Source: Eledone cirrhosa (lineage: Eukaryota). Taken from it: 64,000 nucleotides of DNA. Below, in pieces: positions 56,730-64,000 of this stretch. The notes under the pieces were generated by a model, which was given only the letters and a program-made list of their open reading frames with translations, was not told the origin of the DNA and searched no databases. The DNA lies in assembly GCA_964016885.1 (NCBI GenBank), contig OZ024741.1, positions 391,220,001 to 391,284,000 on the forward strand, in the 5' to 3' direction. The translations under genes and the position numbers were made by a program. Every line of letters begins with the position of its first letter. The first letter of the stretch is position 1.

Positions 56730-57769
56730 TTTCCTCCCCCATTCGCCAACTCGTCGCCTCTTAACTGCTACTCCCCATCGTCACCAACCTCATCGTCCGC
56801 ACACCCTGCACCTCCACAATCTACTTCCTCCTCAAAATACATAAACCCGACATCCCCGGTCGTCCCATCATCTCCGCCTGCCACTGCCCCACAAAACTCA
56901 TCCCCACCTACCATGACTCCACCCTCGCACCTCCAGTAACTCCCACATCCCTGAGACCAATCACGCCCTCCACTTTTTCCGTCATTTTTCTTCTCACCTG
57001 GCCTACCACCCTTTTTTCACACTCGACATCAAATTCCTCTACACTGTCATTCCACACACCGGAAGTCACCATGCCCTCCACCTCCACCTCCACTCTCATC
57101 TGCCTTGCCAAGCTGGTCATTACCCTCAATTGCTCCTCCTTCTTGGGTGAGGTTTACCAACAGGTAATCGAGGTTGCCATGGGCACATGAATGGGCCCCA
57201 ACTGCACCAACTTATTCGTCGGCTATGTTGAGGCCCAAATTTTTGCCCAATACACAGGGCCCAACCCTGAACTATACGGTCGGTACATCGATGACTGTTG
57301 GTACAAAATGAGCATTCCCTACAACCTAGCCAAAAGGATCTGCACAATAGTATCTGATAAATACACATGCTACATACGACTAGAAGAATTAAAGAACACA
57401 CTTATTAGCAGGAATTACCCACCATCCCTAATGAACAATGGATTACAACATGCCCTAAAATTCAACATCCAGGAACTTAGACACCCCAAACCAAGGAATG
57501 AACCAAAACTGAAAACTCTACCATACATCTCCACACACAATCCCCTTAACAATGAGGCATTCGACGCCATCCTCCAGAACATACCTTTACTAAAAAGAGA
57601 CCTAAGAATGAACCAAATCGTGACCTGCGCATCCAATGAACAACTCAATTTTAGAATTTTTCCCATCTACAAATTCAAAGACAACGCTTCCTACATCCAA
57701 CGCATTAGCAAGGAATCACAATTTATCGCCAAATACGAATCTCTTCTAAATGCTTCCACTTCGGACTAA
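56730..57769 (+). mobile_element. Penelope-like RT remnant, apparently chimeric or internally deleted
   Basis: KIHKPDIPGRPIISACHCPT, VAMG..MGPNCTNLFVGYVE..YGRYIDDC, then SIPYNLAKRICTIVSD..LPYISTHNP; composition shifts from C-rich to A-rich near 57300. Confidence 0.82.
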
Positions 57770-58433
57770 ACCAAAGCTGGCACACTTTAAAATCAACACC
57801 CTAGACAAGATTCCAGCCACCTCTGACAACTATATAATGCAGACCAAGCAACCACATAGTAACACCCACATCAGCAAGTCCTGGAAGACCTCCATGAAGA
57901 TAATCGGACAAATGGAAACACTCAGGTGCCAAACTAAATGCTTTATTTTCCCCTGAATCTGGAAGCTTTTGCTGAAGATAGAATGGGTATTCCAGTGGCT
58001 CTGAACCCCTCTTTGTAGCAAAATTTACTCCATCCCCCTCAATCTAAAATTACTGCTAGGGATGGAATTAATATTTCAATAACTCTAAATCTTCTTTGTG
58101 GCAAAAAAACAAGGTCAATGTTGATGGTTTCTTCTAAGAAAAAATACCAAGATAGATATTTTTAGAAGCACCCCTCACCCTCCCCCCAGTCAACTCTAAG
58201 GTCACCCAGCCTTTCAAACCAATCCCAGCCAAATCTTGTATCCACTATTCAAAGGGTCCCATATAGCAGTCTGCAGCCACAACAACCTTCCCCTTCCCCC
58301 TACCCCTCCTTCTTCTTTTCCTCTTCCCTCCTGCTTCTACCCTCTTCAGTCACAACAAAGCCATTAACAGAGAAGGATGGAGTGACAAAATGACTTTCTT
58401 CTGTGTATGTGTGTATATATATATATATGTGTG

Positions 58434-58508
<75 letters not shown>

Positions 58509-58622
58509 GTATATATATATGTATATGTGTATATATATGTGCGTGAGAGAGAGAGTGTGTATATATATTTTGTGTGTGGGTGTGTGTATGTGTGTATGCG
58601 CGTGTGTGTATATATATATAAG

Positions 58623-58673
<51 letters not shown>

Positions 58674-58774
58674 GTATATGTGTGTGTATATATGCGTTAT
58701 ATGTCTGAGTATATATATATGTGTATATTTATGTATAGGTCTGTGTATGTATGTGTATGTTTGTATATGTATGG

Positions 58775-58864
<90 letters not shown>

Positions 58865-58993
58865 GTGTGTATATGTGTGTATGTATAGATATTTATACAT
58901 ATGTATACTCGTGTTTGTATGTATGCGTGTGAGTGTATTTACTTGTGTATATATGTGTGTGTGTGTGTATGTATGTGCATGTGTGTGTGTATC

Positions 58994-59100
<107 letters not shown>

Positions 59101-59256
59101 GTATTATATATGTATGTATGTATGTATGTGTGTATGTATGTGTGTGTACATGAATATATATTTATATATATTTATGTAGATAAATCTACCAAGAGTTTAC
59201 GGTAGTGTCCAATCCGTATGAAGAACTCAATGTAATCCGGATATCATGGAAGACGG

Positions 59257-59406
59257 CATTTTTCTGAAGACGGCATATATATGTGTTTGGTATGTATATT
59301 TAATTTTGATAGTTTGTATAATTTTGTATAATTTTGTACATAGATCTGTTGAATATGCATGCCAATTCTAACACATATATATCCTAGAAACGATCGTTAA
59401 ATAATG
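59257..59406 (+). ncRNA. Type I hammerhead with about 116-nt helix II domain
   Basis: cattttt CTGAAGA cggcatatatatgtgtt tggtatgtatattta..tgaatatgcatgcca..aacacatatatatccta GAAAC gatc GTT aaataatg. Confidence 0.68.
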
Positions 59407-60072
59407 AACTTTTTTTGTTTAATATAAGGAACTGTTTCATTGTTTTATTCATTATTTTTTTAATATTTTATATATATTTATATATTTTTATATATGTGTG
59501 TGTGTTTTTATGTGTGTATATGTGTTTGTGTGTGTGTTTATGGTTGCGCGTAAGTGTGTGAGTGAGTATGTGTTTTTTTGTTTTTTTGTTTTTTTGTTTT
59601 TTTTGTGAATGTGTCTGTTGATTTTTGGCATATAGTTGATTAGTTTAAGAGAAGTTCGAAGATAATAGTAAGATATGCACTCAGTATTTTGAATCTGTCT
59701 GCAGAATTCTCTAGACCTTTGTCACTTAGTAGAACCTTAATGACTTTAGCTTTTAAAGAATCTCCCTTTTCTTTAATTCTATCGACCATGACTGACCCCC
59801 CCACTGATTTTATAGACATCTGTTAGCTTAAGAGAAACCTATTGACAAGGAATGGTATGCCATCCGGAACCTGTTTATAGAATTCTGTCTGCCTTTGTTA
59901 CTCTAAAAACATAAATAAATATAAATAAAAATAAAAATAAACTATAGCTTTGTAGAATTAGCTTTTAATGAATTCCCTTTTCTATCAACCAATGACCTGC
60001 ACCCATCCCACTCCCCACCCTCTCCTACCACTTGTAGAGACCTATAAATACCATATTTATTTTTTGATACCC

Positions 60073-60123
60073 AGATTCCTGATGATTTCTAATGAATGAA
60101 ACAGTTCTAGTCCTGTAGAGTCT
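60073..60123 (+). ncRNA. Type I hammerhead ribozyme
   Basis: agattc CTGATGA tttc taat gaat GAAAC ag ttctagtc ct GTA gagtct; followed by ATTAAA and (TA)n. Confidence 0.75.
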
Positions 60124-60135
60124 CATCTATATTAA

Positions 60136-60200
<65 letters not shown>

Positions 60201-60339
60201 AATGAAATTTCGTTTCATTCTATTCCATTTATCGTTTTCGGTGTGCCCGGCCGACTGAACTCACTCGATATGCAAATTAGGCTGCTCAGCCGTTAATATG
60301 CATAAGGAAAGTATATACTTTCAGACGTTCAACCATCTG

Positions 60340-60400
60340 GCAGGAAGGTATACGATGCTGACGATAGCTAATAAGCTTGAAACTAGTACATCGTTCCTGT
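60340..60400 (+). ncRNA. Type I hammerhead ribozyme, unit 1
   Basis: gcaggaa ggtata cgatg CTGACGA tagct aata agctt GAAAC ta GTA catcg ttcctgt; predicted cleavage after 60388. Confidence 0.9.
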
Positions 60401-60780
60401 GTCAGTGTTGAACAAAAGGTGGCGTGGTTGCCTAAACACTGTACGGCGTAATTCGGGCTGTTTGTTTGTTTACAAACAAACAAACCGAGCATTATAATAA
60501 ATGTTCGGTAAACCGATACGTGCATATATATATGTGTGCATGTATGTATATATATACATACTACTGTACGTCTGTATAAATATATGTATGTACGTATACA
60601 TACCTACTTACATTTAAGTAAGTGCCGTACTAAGAGTGAGAAATGAAATTTCGTTTCATTCTATTCCATTTATCGTTTTCGGTGTGCCCGGCCGACTGAA
60701 CTTACTCGATATGCAAATTAGGCTGCTCAGCCGTTAATATGCATAAGGAAAGTATATACTTTCAGACGTTCAACCATCTG

Positions 60781-60841
60781 GCAGGAAGGTATACGATGCT
60801 GACGATAGCTAATAAGCTTGAAACTAGTACATCGTTCCTGT
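60781..60841 (+). ncRNA. Type I hammerhead ribozyme, unit 2
   Basis: Identical to unit 1; predicted cleavage after 60829. Confidence 0.9.
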
Positions 60842-60972
60842 GTCAGTGTTGAACAAAAAGGTGACGTGGTTGCCTAAACACTGTACGGCGTAATTCGGGC
60901 TGTTTCTTTGTTTACTAACAAACAAACCGAGCATTATAATAAATGTTCGGTAAACCGATACGTGCATATATA

Positions 60973-62165
60973 TCATCATCATCATCATTCGTCGACTACT
61001 GTCGAGATGATGGATCTCACTCTCATGCCCCAGAATTCCCTGTCCCCCATCGCTGCCCCCAGGTCCCGTCTACTGTTTACCGTATCTCTAGAGATAACGT
61101 CAGGGAATGACAGCATCCTACTCCTAGTCAGGCTGGAGTCAGGGTTCCAGAGCAAGAGAGCGGATATGATTTCATTGCTGGCACGGTGACAGTGGCCAGC
61201 AAATTGAGCTCTCCGGGATTTTAGAAGGGCAGAGGCTCGAGGGAGTTTGCCATAGATTTCATACAAGGTGGAATGTCGTTTCCAGGATAGGTTTTGCACT
61301 CTCATTAAGAGGCGGGTATATGTGCCATCCAATCTCCTCTCAAATTGTGATGTTAGTGTCCAAGTTTCGGATCCATAAAGTAATATGGGCTTAATGGTTG
61401 CTTGGAATATTTCCAGTTTTAGCTTGTTGGTAAATTGAGATGTCCATATGGCGTGCATGTCATTGCACGCTGACCATGCCATACCCTTCCTTGTTAGAAA
61501 ATCTTTTTTGGAGGAGGAGATATATGAGCCAAGATACTTGTAATCTTACACCTGCTTAAGGGTGGTACCATTAAGAGTTCTGATGGGGGTAGTTTGGGCT
61601 GTTTGCGCATCTGTTCACATACTCAGTCTTGGATTCGTTGAGGTACAGTCCAACACAGTTGGACGATTGCTCTAATGATTTCAAAAGACTCTCAGCATTT
61701 TCCAGTGACCGACTGATCAATGCGATGTCGTCAGCAAAGTCGGTGTCGGTCAAGTATTTTGCTGGGTAGCGTGAGCTTCTCCTAGGCTGTAGTTGGTATC
61801 CCCTATCCTGAATCCTATCCACAGACATGCGCAAAAGATAATCCACAACAATGATAAATAGATACGGAGCAAGGGTATCGCCCTGTAAAATTCCAGCGAG
61901 GATTGAGAAAGGTGGTGTTTCCCCATCTGGGGTCAGGACAGTTGATTTGGTATCTGTATACATTGCACGTATGGCCGCGATGATTTTATCAGGAATCCCA
62001 TAAAGTTGTAGAATTTCAAACATCCCCCACCTGTCAACTGAGTCGAAGGCTTTTGAAAAATCAACAAAGATGAGTGCAAGGTCTAGATTGCGGTTTTGGG
62101 ACTCCTCTATAAGACGGCGAAGGCAGAGAATCTGGCTAAGTGTTGATCTACCTCTCCTAAATCCA
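60973..62165 (-). mobile_element. 5'-truncated RTE-clade LINE with (GAT)n tail
   Basis: GFRRGRST, FVDFSKAFDSVDR, GILQGDTLAPYLF, DFADDIAL, LLYGSETW, FAGHC; almost no 3' UTR. Confidence 0.92.
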
Positions 62166-62342
62166 TATATATATATGTGTATGTATGCATGTGTGCATAT
62201 ATATATGTGTGCATGTATGTATATATACATACTACTGTACGCCTGTATACATATGTGTATGTACGTATACATACATACGTACTTACATTTAAGTAAGTGC
62301 CGTACTAAGAGTGAGAAATGAAATTTCGTTTCATTCTATTCC

Positions 62343-62404
<62 letters not shown>

Positions 62405-62558
62405 AGATCAAAAGATGGTTAAAGGAGTTCCATGTATTTTATTATGCGCATTTCAAAAACAAACATCATCATGCAATAATATTTGTGTTTTCATCAGATA
62501 AAACAGGAGAACATGATATGAAGGCTAAAAAACACTTGTGGATAGTGCAGTTTTAAAT

Positions 62559-62610
<52 letters not shown>

Positions 62611-63299
62611 ATAGGGAGAAAAAGACGATTATTAGGAAGAAAAATATATTTCTTTCCTTTAATTTTTTTCTCTTTTTTCTGGGTTAGAAAATGTTTAAAA
62701 CAAAATATTTTACTTTGTGTGAAGTGTTAAGTTATTAGTTAATTTATTTATTAATTAACAATGGCATTTATTTATTTATTTATATATTTAATAATTGTCT
62801 ATTGCCGCTTTCAGCATTTTATGCATTATGAAAGGGGGGAATTTGTATTGGTGTAAAATGTTGGTGATGTTGAACATGTTAAGGAAATGGGGAAGAAAGA
62901 ATAATATTATTTACAAACAAGGTTTTTGAAGTGAAAAGAAAAAAAGAAAAAAAAGGGGGTGATGTGGAACATGATAAGTTAATGGGAAAGAAAAAAGAAT
63001 ATTATTTACAGGCATAGTTCTTGAGGATAAGCAGTTCAAAATATGTTATTATGGCAAGAGCGCTTAGTTGATCCATGATGGAGGCAAATGGTAGTCTGGA
63101 GTTTGATATGATTTCCCTTTTTAGAGAGTTAATATGCAGGGGGAGGTAATTCAGGGTGGTCAGGTAGGGGAGAGAGAAATGAGAGGGGGTTATTCATTTA
63201 TATACGAAAAAGGATTAGGTAGGGTGTAAGGGAGGTAACTCTTTAGAGAACATAGGAATTTGGTTTTGGTTCATTGTTCATTCCAGTTTTAGTTTAGTC

Positions 63300-63623
63300 C
63301 GAAGTTTAGTCCATTAAGTAGAGGTTGGAATTTGTTAATGAAGTACGTTTCCTTATTGGTACGTTGGATGAAAGAAGCGTTGTCTATGAATTTGTAAATG
63401 GGAAAAATTTTAAAGTTTGGATGTTGGTTAGGTGTACAATTGCACTAAAAGCAATCTTTCTGTATTTCTGTATTTTGATTTGTGATATATGGACGGTCAT
63501 ACGTTGTCGGAAGTTGTTTTTTGTCTGTCCTATGTCTTGACAACCTGAGCAGGTCAAAACATAAATTAGGTTTTCAGATGCACATGTAAAGTTGTGTTTA
63601 ACTGTGAAATATTGTCCTTGTTG

Positions 63624-63625
<2 letters not shown>
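63300..63625 (-). mobile_element. Penelope-like GIY-YIG fragment
   Basis: FTVKHNFTCASENLIYVLTCSGCQ.IGQTKNNFRQRMTVHISQI..FFPF. Confidence 0.82.
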
Positions 63626-63690
<65 letters not shown>

Positions 63691-64000
63691 TTCGTTTCTG
63701 AATTTGTTTAGCAAGATTCTTTATCTGAAATCGTGTGTTGAAACCGATATTGTTATACTTTGGGAGGGTCATGTTGCCAATAAGAAACGTACGCACCAGT
63801 TGCTTTCACTTCAATTTATTATAATAAATTTATAAATTTATAAATTTATAAATTTCTGGTTGGTTGGTTGGTTCCACAACCAGATAGTTGTTTATATATT
63901 GTCATAGTTCTTTCGTCACACACTCTGTGACCTCTTCAGTGACTGGGGATTCCTTTCTTTGTTTCTGTGCCTCTCCTTTGTTCTGTCCTACGCCATTTTG

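Larger units (their letters stand above)
60199..62347 (+). mobile_element. Tandem array of a 441-bp hammerhead-containing unit (candidate retrozyme), second unit interrupted by an RTE
   Basis: Unit 1 60199-60639; unit 2 60640-60972 resuming at about 62193-62314; start of unit 3 62315-62347; (TA)n at both outer ends. Confidence 0.8.

Overview
This is repeat-saturated eukaryotic DNA. I infer a coleoid cephalopod (octopus-like) from the SINE families and the extreme (TA)n/(TATG)n/(ATT)n load. No host protein-coding gene is recognisable with confidence. The window holds nested non-LTR retrotransposons: two R4/Dong-like RLE lineages sitting in (TAA)n and (CATA)n arrays, one full-length Tx1/L1-clade element bracketed by (ATT)n, RTE and CRE fragments, and Penelope-like RT/GIY-YIG remnants. 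It also contains non-autonomous RTE derivatives, two tRNA-type SINE families, three non-autonomous Helitrons, a mariner relic and a 24-bp minisatellite. The best signals are non-coding. (1) A 441-bp tandem unit at 60.2-62.3 kb carries an intact type I hammerhead ribozyme and an octamer motif, making it a candidate retrozyme/circular-RNA element. (2) About a dozen further hammerhead motifs occur, several with unusually long helix II insertions. (3) Mobile elements appear to be partitioned among microsatellite types. (4) Inverted duplications bounded by (TA)n are very dense. All alignments and folds were done by eye, and boundaries are approximate to a few bases unless stated.
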